Source: Candidatus Iainarchaeum sp.
GTDB taxonomy: Archaea; Iainarchaeota; Iainarchaeia; Iainarchaeales; JAGVWC01
Direction: 5' to 3'
Length of the DNA: 18,521 nucleotides
NCBI GenBank assembly: GCA_018304465.1
Contig: JAGVWC010000001.1
Span: 1 to 18,521 of the forward strand
Position numbers and translations under genes: made by a program. The notes beneath the pieces are model-generated. The model was not told where the DNA came from and did no database searches. It worked only from the letters and a program-made list of their open reading frames with translations. Shown here in pieces: positions 1 to 8,351 of the stretch (the first letter of the stretch is position 1; every line of letters begins with the position of its first letter).

Positions 1-123
1 ACAATCCAAGGGACATACCGACGCATTTTCATCCACTTCACAAATATTGTTACCGCACGAAACACTCGTTGAACCGCCGCCAGCAGGTTCAAACAACACG
101 TCCACGCTTTGCGCCGCCGTGTT
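1..123 (+). repeat. Direct repeat copy 1 (123 bp; partner at 18398..18520)
   Basis: Manual alignment: 117/123 identical, with mismatches at positions 12, 58, 61, 62, 64 and 100. Confidence 0.95.
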
Positions 124-834
124 AATATCCGCGTTATTCATTGCCTTGATGTAAACACGACGCGTATGCGGCAACTGCGTTGCCGACGAAACCGAAAACG
201 AATACGTTTCAGTGGTTCCGTTATCCGAATACGTTGTACCGCCATCGCTTGAAATCCAATACTTCTTAATCCCGCTTTCAGACGAACCCAAAAACGACAA
301 CGTCGCCGACAAACCAGTTGTTTTCACACTCGTCACCGTCAAACTCAAACTCGGCAACGACTTATCAATCCGCACATAAACCCGATTCGTAGTCTCCGCA
401 TTCCCCACGGTATCCGTCGAATTAAAATCAATCCCCCAATTCCCATCACTCGACAGCAAGATATTGGCATCAAACGTTTGCCAACCACCCATCAAAACCA
501 CATCAGACGAATCCGAATCCAAACGAAATTGAGTTAAAGAACAACCCGACGGATCCACACACGTCAACACCACATTCGCATCCACATTCTGCCACGCATT
601 ATTATAATCCGCACTCGTCACCGGCGCAGTCGAATCATTAGAAACCACAAAATTCGCATCCGAAAAATCAATTGCAGTATCATTCGTGTCAGTTCCGGCA
701 AGGCGAATAAAGTAGTTTCCGTCCAAAACTGTAGTCGTATTCCAAGAATAACTACATCGAAACACCGGACCCTGCGAACACGAATAACTACTCAATAACT
801 GGGACACAATCGCGGTCCCGTTTCCACTTCCGAT
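1..834 (-). pseudogene. Out-of-frame C-terminal continuation of the 792..2306 surface protein (Ig-like/beta-sandwich domains, then a Cys-rich CGNNICE module); runs off the left edge
   Basis: Manual translation gives a stop-free minus frame from 834 to 1: IGSGNGTAIVSQLLSSYSCSQGPVFRCSYSWNTTTVLDGNYFIRL...DSTAPVTSADYNNAWQNVDANVVLTCVDPSGC...FNSTDTVGNAETTN...CGNNICEVDENASVCPLDC. It has the same D-x-N-rich style as the upstream ORF, lies in the -1 frame relative to it and has no signal peptide of its own. Confidence 0.85.
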
Positions 835-2306
835 TCAACATTGAAATCGATAGTCTGGACCCCAGTAAGCGTATTAAAATCATTCGGAGAAAGCACTTGC
901 ACGTAGGGACCGTTTTGATCAAAGTGATAACCGATATCGATGGTTCCAGTATCCAACTTATTGTTCAACTGTGTTGTTTTCAAATTAAAAAAATTGTTGA
1001 TGTCCACTCCATTCGAATCGACGCCGCCGGCATCAACCAGCATAGCACCACCGGTCGAAGTCGTGTTCAACAAAAAGTTTCTGTCGGTATTGTCTGCAAT
1101 GAACGGGGTGGTGGTAAAACCGGTTGCGCTGTTTTGGTCATTAGGACCCGGTTTTCCTATTGTCCCAACACTATAATACGCATTATTTGATATTGCTCCT
1201 GTGATGGTTCCAGAAATGGCCGTGGATACATTCGAAAACAAGTTCCGTTGGATCCTAGTTGTGGATGGGTCATATGCAACAAATGCTGTTGACGTCTGGA
1301 GATTTGAAAAAGTATTATTTAGGATATTGCCGCCAAAGTCCTGCCAGTTGCTTTGGATACCAACTCCCGAGGCGGTAAAGTTGTAAAACAAGTTATTGTA
1401 AATGGTTGCATTAACAGCACCAAGCCATTTTGATATTCCAGTCGCCCCATTAAAGTTTGAAAATATATTTTGATAGATATTTCCCGTTGTTTCAAGGCCC
1501 AAATATATCCCGGTCGCTGTTGTTCCGGTGGTGTTAGAAAAGGAATCGAAACGATTAGAATAAATGGGTCCTGTGGACGACTGCTCCAAATAGATTGCAT
1601 GGGCACTTTGGAAATTGGAAAAAGAATTTTGGTAGATGGCGCCAGCAAAGGTTTTGTCCAAAGTCACATAAATGCCCTTAGCATCAGTTTGAAACCATGA
1701 AAAAGCATTGCCATAAATGTTAACATCGGTTTCAATCCCCAAAAAAACACCAGAATAAGCCAGACCCAAGCTTTTGAAAAAGGAGAAATTGGAATCATGA
1801 ATGCTTCCAATGTTTTGGTCCAAGCGGATGCCATACTTGGCATCAAAAATCTTCAAATAAGAGAAAGAATCTGCCTTGGTCATGCCTGCATTGCCAAGAA
1901 CATAAATAGCGGTATTGTATTCACTCGGCGCCGGACCGCCAGAACAACCGGAAATCGTCGCAGTGTTCGCGTTCGTAGAACCCACGTAGGAATTTTGATC
2001 GCGACAACTCGTAAAAATAATATTTTTATCAACGGTTCCATTGGCCAAAACCCTTCCGCCATCCCGCGCAATCAGACTTCGCCCCACCCCATACTTGACC
2101 ACAGTCCCAGGAGCAATATTCAAATCCGTTCCCGCTCCAGTAACGTTCACATCCGCCAAAATCACATACGTATTCCCATCAACCCAGTTTTGATCCACAG
2201 AAATATTCGAATCAAACGTGCACACGTTGTTGGTATCCCCACACGAATTCACAGCCCAAACCAACGGAAAAAAAAGAAACAGCACTCCGATCAAAAACCA
2301 TTTCAT
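792..2306 (-). CDS. Secreted/surface protein, N-terminal part, with right-handed parallel beta-helix repeats; truncated by a frameshift near 831
   Basis: Signal peptide MKWFLIGVLFLFFPLVWA; LNIAPGTVVK beta-helix cap motif; recurring GIYL....NIYxNxFSNF repeats; IDIGYHF motif closing the domain. The last residues (EVETGPRLCPSY) look out of frame. Confidence 0.85.
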   Translation of the reverse strand: MKWFLIGVLFLFFPLVWAVNSCGDTNNVCTFDSNISVDQNWVDGNTYVILADVNVTGAGTDLNIAPGTVVKYGVGRSLIARDGGRVLANGTVDKNIIFTSCRDQNSYVGSTNANTATISGCSGGPAPSEYNTAIYVLGNAGMTKADSFSYLKIFDAKYGIRLDQNIGSIHDSNFSFFKSLGLAYSGVFLGIETDVNIYGNAFSWFQTDAKGIYVTLDKTFAGAIYQNSFSNFQSAHAIYLEQSSTGPIYSNRFDSFSNTTGTTATGIYLGLETTGNIYQNIFSNFNGATGISKWLGAVNATIYNNLFYNFTASGVGIQSNWQDFGGNILNNTFSNLQTSTAFVAYDPSTTRIQRNLFSNVSTAISGTITGAISNNAYYSVGTIGKPGPNDQNSATGFTTTPFIADNTDRNFLLNTTSTGGAMLVDAGGVDSNGVDINNFFNLKTTQLNNKLDTGTIDIGYHFDQNGPYVQVLSPNDFNTLTGVQTIDFNVESEVETGPRLCPSY

Positions 2307-2410
2307 GAAAAAAACAACACAAAAGACATTAATAAATTAGTACGAATCCAAAAATTCGGGTTCTTGGAAAAAAGGATTACTCCATGACCATTCACAGGAT
2401 TCCAAACGCT

Positions 2411-3148
2411 TTAACGGATGTCTTCGTAATCGCGCCGCGCTTTCCCGAATAGATGGAAACCGATTCCGTTGAAAATATGAAACGTCACGTATTTCCACAA
2501 CCCCCACGCTTTGATGCGACGCTGTGAAACAAACATTTTCACGTTCAAATCCAGAATCACTTTTCCGAATTTTCTGCACCGCTTGGCCAGATCAAGATCT
2601 TCGCACGTGATCAAATGCGTATCGAATCCGCCGACATCGTCAAAAATGATTTTCGGAATACCGATATTGGAACCGATCGGCGAATTCAAACGCAAGAAAT
2701 GAAACACCGTCAAAAAAACCGGCATAAAAATATTCGGCAAGGATTTTTCAAGACCCGACGCGTCATTGGGATAAACCGGACCGTACACGAACGCGGCCGT
2801 GGGATACTTTCGAAACGCTTTCATGAAATTCGAAACCCAGTTCCGCGGCGCCGAAGAATCCGCGTCCGTAAACAACAAAAAATTTCCTTTCGCGGCTTTC
2901 GCGCCGGCTTGACGCTCAAACGCGATCGAGCGACGCTTTTCCAAAACAACCCGCACGCCCATTCGCTTCGCGATTTCGACGGTCTTGTCTTCACTGCAAC
3001 CATCCGCCAAAATGATTTCATACGCACCCGAAAAATCCTGGTCCTGCAAATGCGACAAACAATTCTCGATTCGTTTTTCTTCGTTTAAAGAACACACGAT
3101 GACGGAAACAACCGGAGGATCCGCGGAATTCTTTTTCAAAGAGACCAT
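2411..3148 (-). CDS. Family 2 glycosyltransferase (GT-A fold)
   Basis: VSVIVCSLNEE, IILADGCSEDKT, LLFTDAD (DxD), GGFD, CEDLDL and SQRR motifs. Confidence 0.93.
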   Translation of the reverse strand: MVSLKKNSADPPVVSVIVCSLNEEKRIENCLSHLQDQDFSGAYEIILADGCSEDKTVEIAKRMGVRVVLEKRRSIAFERQAGAKAAKGNFLLFTDADSSAPRNWVSNFMKAFRKYPTAAFVYGPVYPNDASGLEKSLPNIFMPVFLTVFHFLRLNSPIGSNIGIPKIIFDDVGGFDTHLITCEDLDLAKRCRKFGKVILDLNVKMFVSQRRIKAWGLWKYVTFHIFNGIGFHLFGKARRDYEDIR

Positions 3149-3181
3149 GTCAAACAGCTATCATACAAACACGAAAACCCA

Positions 3182-3189
3182 TATAAAAA
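3182..3189 (-). promoter_or_regulatory. Putative archaeal TATA box (TTTTTATA) for the GT2 gene
   Basis: TATA-like octamer about 35 nt upstream of the ATG at 3148, just after the upstream gene's stop codon. Confidence 0.5.
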
Positions 3190-3192
3190 GGT

Positions 3193-6100
3193 TCACGTCG
3201 ACGAAGCACCCGAGCGTCGCTTAAGGAAAAAAAACACCCGCAAACCCAAAATCAGCACGAAAAAAGAAACCGCCAAAAGCCCGATAAAACCCAACCAATC
3301 CATGCTTTCCGAGGGCGAGGGATTCGGATCCAGATCGTTTCCATTCGAACCGGTTCCGAAGGGCTTTGTTTTCGGAAACACGGTTAATCGCGCGGTTTTT
3401 CCGCCGGCTGACGCGCTCAACGAAACCACGTTTTTCTCGCCTCGCAACGACACGCTGCCATTCGCGTCGGTTTTAACGGTTTGAGAGCCGTACAACACCG
3501 TGGCGTTTTCCAACGGAGAACCATTCGCGTCCGCCACGGAAACCGAAAAAACCTCGTTAATGAAAATGTTTTCATCCAGCAACGATACCTGCAAATCACC
3601 CGACACCGTCACGGGATTGGCGGGGTTTCCGCTGGTTCGAATAAACTTCACGAGTTTGGCCGACGCAAACCCGTCTTTGGCCACTTCAATCACGGTTTTA
3701 CCCGTTTTGGCGACAAACGAAACCAAACCGCCGGCATCCGTTAACTTGTTTTCATCCCCGTACTGCACGCGGACCCCCAAAAGCGCGTTTCCGGATTCAT
3801 CCTTGACCGTCACGACAAAAGACTGGTTGGAAACCAAAAACGCGGGAGACGAAATCTTGAATTTTTTAAGCGAAATCAAAGAACAAAACGAATTGCACGA
3901 CGAAGAATTTTTGCACTCGAATCCCGAGACGCAATCCGAATTCGAATCGCAGGCAACGGCGCGGCACGCGTTGTTACAGCACAGTTTTCCGCTGATACAA
4001 TCCGAATTTCCGATGCATTGGTCTTCCACGGGCACGTCTTCACAAACCGCGCCGCACGAACCGCCGCTTGCGCATCGTTTTCCCGAAGGACAATCCGAAT
4101 CCGCTTCGCACACGGGGGAAACACACGCGTTTTGACAACAAACCCCGATCGCGCAATCCAGGTTCGAAACACACGACGGAATCTGATCGCAACTCACCGG
4201 AGAAACCGATCCGTTACAACAAAAACCCGCCGAAATTCCGCTTTGGCCGCACGCGCATTTGGATGAAACCAGTCCGTTTGGACACGGCGAAAGCGCTTGG
4301 CACGCCGCGGAACACGCATTTGGATTCTGGCAGGATTGCGTCGCGGAACAATTCGCGTCCGCGGTACACGCGGGAGAAACACACGCGTTATTACAACACA
4401 ATTGACCGGTTCCGCATTGGGAATTCGAAGAACAACCCGGACACTGCGTGGATTGCGGAACGCCGCCACAACAATAGCCGGAAGAAACCACGGTTTGACC
4501 GCACGCGCAACGAGAAGAAACCACGGCGTTTGCCGAACACACGCCGCACGAAAGATCGGTTCCGTCACAATCTTCATCCACTTGGTTTTGACACACTTCA
4601 AGCGACGGACCAATCGAATTCTGGCACGCACCCCACACGCCGTTCGATTGACAGGTTTGGGTTCCGGCTTGACACGCACCCGTATCGGTTCCGCATGCGC
4701 GTGTTTGACCCGGATCGCAAGACGCGGCTTCGAACACCAACACCGTTAAGCTATGCGCGGGAAACGAATACGAAAACGGGGAAGAAACCGGAGAAACCGT
4801 TTTCTCAACGGGCTTGACGGTATTCGGATCCGAATCATTCAACGACGACATGGATGGACCATTCAATTCGAATACGCGCGCGGGATAAACAGGTTCAAAA
4901 CCCGCCAACTCAATCTGCGTCGCGATGTTTTCGGACGGGGTTTTGTTCACGACAAACAACGTCAAGCGATCGTTTGCTTCCGAAAGCGACGCGTACGCGC
5001 CCAATTTGGTTCCGCTAACCCCCGTTTGCGAATTGCTATACACCGGAGAACTCAGTTCCATGTTCAAATACTTGGAGCCGAACCATTTGTTGAACAATTC
5101 AATCGCGTAAAACGATGGACGCTTGTGCCAAACGCTTCCATACGTTCGGCAATACCACGGGCTGGTCAATTCGCACGCGGGAACGCCGGCCAAACCATAG
5201 CTTTTTCCCGAAAAAGCGAATTCATGCGCGCCAAAAATATTCGATTTTAGCAATTGACCGAAATACTCGGAAACCGCCAAGGCTTCACCCAAATCCCTGG
5301 CATACGGCTGGACTTCTTTGTAATCATTCGGACCGATCACGTTCCATTCCGTGATAAAAATCTTGATGTTTTGACGCGGAGAATGCTGTTGAATCAGGCT
5401 TTTGACGGTCGCGATATCGCTTTTCACCGAATTTTCCAGTGCCACGATGCTTTCCTGGTGTTCGGACGTTCCGAGTTTGTACAAGTGCACGCTGACAAAA
5501 TCGATTTGGTTTCCTGCTTCCGACAACAACACTTTCGGCCAAAGACCGCCCAGATTTCCAAACGACACGCCGACTTCGATCGACGGATCCACGGCTTTCA
5601 TTTTTTGGGCATACTCCAAAAAACCTTTGTGAACCCCGGTACCCGACACCGTGACCGTGGCGCCGTTTGGGGGGATGCTTCCATGCGATCCGTCCCCGAA
5701 ATAAACCCGTCCCAATCGCGGGTTATGCGAGAAAAAATTTCCAACCCCGGCCGTTTTGATATCCGAAACCTTGGTCCATTCCACGTTGTTGACAAACACT
5801 TTCAAATCCGTGGATGGCGAACAATCCTCCGGCACCACAAACACCTGGTTTGGAACACCCGTGGAAGTCGAGACGCCGTATCGCAACGCGTTCGAAGCCG
5901 TGGCCTTGTTGCACGAAGTGGAATACCCGTACAAATATTCTTCCGGCGTCATGTGAAAATACAATTCGTTCCCGATTTCCCAATATTTGACGCCGTAATG
6001 ATTCGTGACGTTCATGAGCCGAACGTTATCCGCGGCTTCTTCCGGAGAACCCGTCAAAAAATTAATGGTATAATAATCACTGGTTTGAAGCGTCGCCGCC

Positions 6101-7398
6101 CGAGACGCGAATTCTTCCGCGATGATGGGATAATCGATTCCCCAACAACTGCCGCGATCCGAACCGTCTTCAAAATGACCCCCGGGATTCATGTAGCGAA
6201 TCGTCTTGAAACCCGCGTCCTTGATCAGTTGCCATTTGGATTCCACAACGGACGCCGGACGCGTCAAGGATTCGGAACAACTGCACAGCAACCCATCCGC
6301 ACGAATATCCTGCTGGGCAACCGCCGGGTCCGGGGCCGCCAAAGACAAATCCTGCGAGCAAAAACCCAAATTCGTTCCGAACATATAAGGAGAAATCGAA
6401 TGCGACACCAGGTTTGCGTTGATTTTTATTTTCGAGGAACCCTGCACGGAAAAAGACATGGGCGCGCTCCACGGACTGACACTTGACAAGTTATTCGCCC
6501 GGATTTTCCAATAGTACGTTCCATCCGAAAGCACGCGGTCAAACGATTTTTCACTCAAGTCGTATTGCGGCGTTTTTTTCGGAATCCGATACACGTTCGA
6601 AATCCGAAGCTCGTCCATTTTTCCTTCCATTTTCCGGTTGCCGCCCGAATCGCGGCCGATCGACAAAGAAACCGGAGAACCCGACGGAATCCCGGTTTTG
6701 TTTTCGGTCTGGATCAATCGCCCGTCCAAATACAAAAACCGGCCTTTGGACCCCCACGCATACGCCAAATGATGCCACACATTTGAAGACACGTCCGCGT
6801 CTTCCACGCGCGCGCCCCAATCCGAACCAATCGTGGCATAAATCATGTCATAGCCCCAATTGAACTGAATAAACATCGAGGTTGAAGCGGTTTTGTAAAA
6901 CAACGGGTACGTCAAACTGTTTAACGTGGTTTCAAATCCCTGATCCAATGTAAACCAAAATTCAACGGTTCCTTCCGCCGGATTGATTTTGTTCGGGGCT
7001 TCGTTGACTTGCGATGCGGAAGACAAAATCAAGGCATTGCGGAATTTTCCGGGAGAAAACGACGCGCCCGAAACAGACCCGCCCAAAGACTGGGTTTCGG
7101 AAGCAGATTCAAAATGATCCAGCAACGCCGTGAATTCATCCGTTGCCGCGTTTTCAGCCGAATCATTCAATACAATGTTTCGAACCAAAGGACTCGAAAA
7201 ATCAGGATTGTCATCGAGCATCAATTCGTAATACAACGTGCCTTGATCCGTGGTCGGATCCGTCCATTCAAAATGCACGTTGTTCGAAGAAACCATTTGA
7301 CTGGACTGTGGAAAAACCACGGCAATGCGATTCTCCAAACCCGCAACGGAAAAGGAAAGCAATAGCACTAGAAAAACAGCAATTCTTCCCCCGTTCAT
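3193..7398 (-). CDS. 1401-aa membrane-anchored surface glycoside hydrolase: signal peptide, FN3/Ig-like domain with nested LamG, GH51-like (clan GH-A) catalytic domain with C-terminal beta-sandwich, MopE-like Cys motif, Cys-rich stalk, two small beta-sandwich repeats, C-terminal TM helix
   Basis: LamG: GTVEFWF...WHHLAYAW...LYLDG...GKMDELRISN. GH-A: YWEIGNELY (acid/base Glu, about 5965-5967) and IFITEWN (nucleophile Glu, about 5347-5349). Arabinofuranosidase-type C-terminus LFVVNK...YSFPAHSLTVL. EVCQNQVDEDCDG motif. Anchor WLGFIGLLAVSFFVLILGLRVFFFLKRR. Confidence 0.85.
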   Translation of the reverse strand: MNGGRIAVFLVLLLSFSVAGLENRIAVVFPQSSQMVSSNNVHFEWTDPTTDQGTLYYELMLDDNPDFSSPLVRNIVLNDSAENAATDEFTALLDHFESASETQSLGGSVSGASFSPGKFRNALILSSASQVNEAPNKINPAEGTVEFWFTLDQGFETTLNSLTYPLFYKTASTSMFIQFNWGYDMIYATIGSDWGARVEDADVSSNVWHHLAYAWGSKGRFLYLDGRLIQTENKTGIPSGSPVSLSIGRDSGGNRKMEGKMDELRISNVYRIPKKTPQYDLSEKSFDRVLSDGTYYWKIRANNLSSVSPWSAPMSFSVQGSSKIKINANLVSHSISPYMFGTNLGFCSQDLSLAAPDPAVAQQDIRADGLLCSCSESLTRPASVVESKWQLIKDAGFKTIRYMNPGGHFEDGSDRGSCWGIDYPIIAEEFASRAATLQTSDYYTINFLTGSPEEAADNVRLMNVTNHYGVKYWEIGNELYFHMTPEEYLYGYSTSCNKATASNALRYGVSTSTGVPNQVFVVPEDCSPSTDLKVFVNNVEWTKVSDIKTAGVGNFFSHNPRLGRVYFGDGSHGSIPPNGATVTVSGTGVHKGFLEYAQKMKAVDPSIEVGVSFGNLGGLWPKVLLSEAGNQIDFVSVHLYKLGTSEHQESIVALENSVKSDIATVKSLIQQHSPRQNIKIFITEWNVIGPNDYKEVQPYARDLGEALAVSEYFGQLLKSNIFGAHEFAFSGKSYGLAGVPACELTSPWYCRTYGSVWHKRPSFYAIELFNKWFGSKYLNMELSSPVYSNSQTGVSGTKLGAYASLSEANDRLTLFVVNKTPSENIATQIELAGFEPVYPARVFELNGPSMSSLNDSDPNTVKPVEKTVSPVSSPFSYSFPAHSLTVLVFEAASCDPGQTRACGTDTGACQAGTQTCQSNGVWGACQNSIGPSLEVCQNQVDEDCDGTDLSCGVCSANAVVSSRCACGQTVVSSGYCCGGVPQSTQCPGCSSNSQCGTGQLCCNNACVSPACTADANCSATQSCQNPNACSAACQALSPCPNGLVSSKCACGQSGISAGFCCNGSVSPVSCDQIPSCVSNLDCAIGVCCQNACVSPVCEADSDCPSGKRCASGGSCGAVCEDVPVEDQCIGNSDCISGKLCCNNACRAVACDSNSDCVSGFECKNSSSCNSFCSLISLKKFKISSPAFLVSNQSFVVTVKDESGNALLGVRVQYGDENKLTDAGGLVSFVAKTGKTVIEVAKDGFASAKLVKFIRTSGNPANPVTVSGDLQVSLLDENIFINEVFSVSVADANGSPLENATVLYGSQTVKTDANGSVSLRGEKNVVSLSASAGGKTARLTVFPKTKPFGTGSNGNDLDPNPSPSESMDWLGFIGLLAVSFFVLILGLRVFFFLKRRSGASST
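3882..4720 (-). repeat. Cys-rich protein-level repeats (units A-B-A-B-B after a MopE-like motif)
   Basis: Unit A, CxxxxVSSxCACGQxxxSxGxCC, occurs twice. Unit B, CxxNxxC....CCxNAC....C..xxxC.....C.....C...C, occurs three times. Confidence 0.85.
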
Positions 7399-7437
7399 GC
7401 CTAGAAAAAGAATTAAGAAATATAAAAAAGCATTGTT

Positions 7438-7460
7438 TGAAAAAAAAAGACGAAAAAAAC
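7438..7460 (-). terminator. Possible oligo(T) archaeal terminator region downstream of the L41e-like gene
   Basis: Long A runs on the + strand (T tracts on the - strand) between the 7524 stop and the promoter region of the 7398 gene. Confidence 0.35.
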
Positions 7461-7523
7461 AGAAAACGAATGCTTACAAAAACAAAGGCAAAAAAATCGC
7501 CAAAATTCGTGGAAGTATCCGTT

Positions 7524-7655
7524 TTACTGCTTGGCTCGTTTTCTCAAATACCGTTTCTGTCGGGACTTTCGGCGCATTTTCTTTTTTTTCCATTTCCAGC
7601 GCTGACGAGCCCGGGTTTTCTTGAAACGGCTCGAATCTTTTGCCTTAGAACTCAA
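7524..7655 (-). CDS. rpl41e: Ribosomal protein L41e (eL41/eS32)-like basic protein, 43 aa; not in the ORF track
   Basis: TTG start preceded by SD AGGTGA (7665-7660). Translation MSSKAKDSSRFKKTRARQRWKWKKKKMRRKSRQKRYLRKRAKQ contains the RWKW-KK-xRR core typical of archaeal L41e. Confidence 0.8.
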   Translation of the reverse strand: MSSKAKDSSRFKKTRARQRWKWKKKKMRRKSRQKRYLRKRAKQ

Positions 7656-7735
7656 AATTTCACCTAAAAAACGATGATTAGTTATGGAGATAATCCAGGA
7701 ACGAATTTAAAAAGCCTGCCATTCCCGTTTTTTGA

Positions 7736-8167
7736 ATGGAAAAAGAGATCGAACACAGCCTAAACGGAAAAACCGTTTTGGTCATCGGATTATCCAAAGA
7801 CCCGCAAAAAGAATCCCACAAAGTCGCAAAATACCTGCAAGAAAACGGCTACAAAATCATCCCCGTTAATCCAACGGCGGAAAAAATCCTTGAAGAAACC
7901 GTTTTTCCATCGCTTGAACGCGTTCCCAACAGCGAAAAACAAAAAATCGATGTCATCAACGTGTTTCGTCCCTCCGAAGAAACCGAAGCCATCGTCGACC
8001 AAGCAATCCGCCGATTCGGAGAAGAAAAAACCAAACCCGTGATATGGCTACAATTAGGAATCAAAAATGATAACGCAAAACAAAAAGCGATGAAAGCCGG
8101 ATTCGGATTCGTCGAAGACCGCTGCATCAAAATCGAACACAAAAAACGACGCGGAACGCTCAACTAA
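7736..8167 (+). CDS. CoA-binding protein (YccU/COG1832 family)
   Basis: VIGLSKDPQKESHKVAKYLQENGYKIIPVNP, IDVINVFRPS, IWLQLGI and EDRCIKIEH motifs; TTTAAAAA TATA-like box at about 7706-7713; T8 tract at 8178-8185 after the stop. Confidence 0.95.
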   Translation: MEKEIEHSLNGKTVLVIGLSKDPQKESHKVAKYLQENGYKIIPVNPTAEKILEETVFPSLERVPNSEKQKIDVINVFRPSEETEAIVDQAIRRFGEEKTKPVIWLQLGIKNDNAKQKAMKAGFGFVEDRCIKIEHKKRRGTLN

Positions 8168-8193
8168 ATTCCGGATCTTTTTTTTGTGAAACG

Positions 8194-8310
8194 TTACAGA
8201 TCGGAACAATCCCGCTTGAAACCGCACGCGAGGCACATCAATTTGCAATGCGCTTTGGCATACGTATTTCCGCAGATTTCACAATGCTCATGGTCGAAAC
8301 TGGGTTTCAA
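8194..8310 (-). CDS. 38-aa Cys/His zinc-finger microprotein (CxxCG...HCKxxCxxCG...CSD pattern, resembling the HVO_2523-type small zinc fingers); not in the ORF track
   Basis: TTG start with GAGGG 5 nt upstream; MKPSFDHEHCEICGNTYAKAHCKLMCLACGFKRDCSDL; fills the gap between two genes. Confidence 0.8.
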   Translation of the reverse strand: MKPSFDHEHCEICGNTYAKAHCKLMCLACGFKRDCSDL

Positions 8311-8351
8311 CGTGGCCCTCGGTACACAGTATAACAGACCAATTTAATTAG

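Noticed and set aside
1-123. Terminal repeat pair as a diversity-generating retroelement TR/VR
   Set aside because: The mismatches are not confined to adenines of one copy on either strand (they include a C/G change and A in both copies), and there is no reverse transcriptase in the window.
794-834. Programmed -1 ribosomal frameshift
   Set aside because: No canonical slippery heptamer lies in the permitted interval, and a deletion or consensus error is a simpler explanation.
2337-2579. 80-aa minus-strand ORF overlapping the GT2 3' end
   Set aside because: It is an alternative frame of the GT2 gene with no independent support.
5254-6486. 410-aa + strand ORF, and other long antisense ORFs such as 3500..4135, 4068..4817 and 1797..2387
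   Set aside because: These are shadows of well-supported minus-strand genes and show no recognisable motifs.
7143-7667. Lys-rich + strand ORFs 7143..7667 and 7325..7624
   Set aside because: They arise from A-tracts in the intergenic region and run antisense to the surface gene start and the L41e-like gene.
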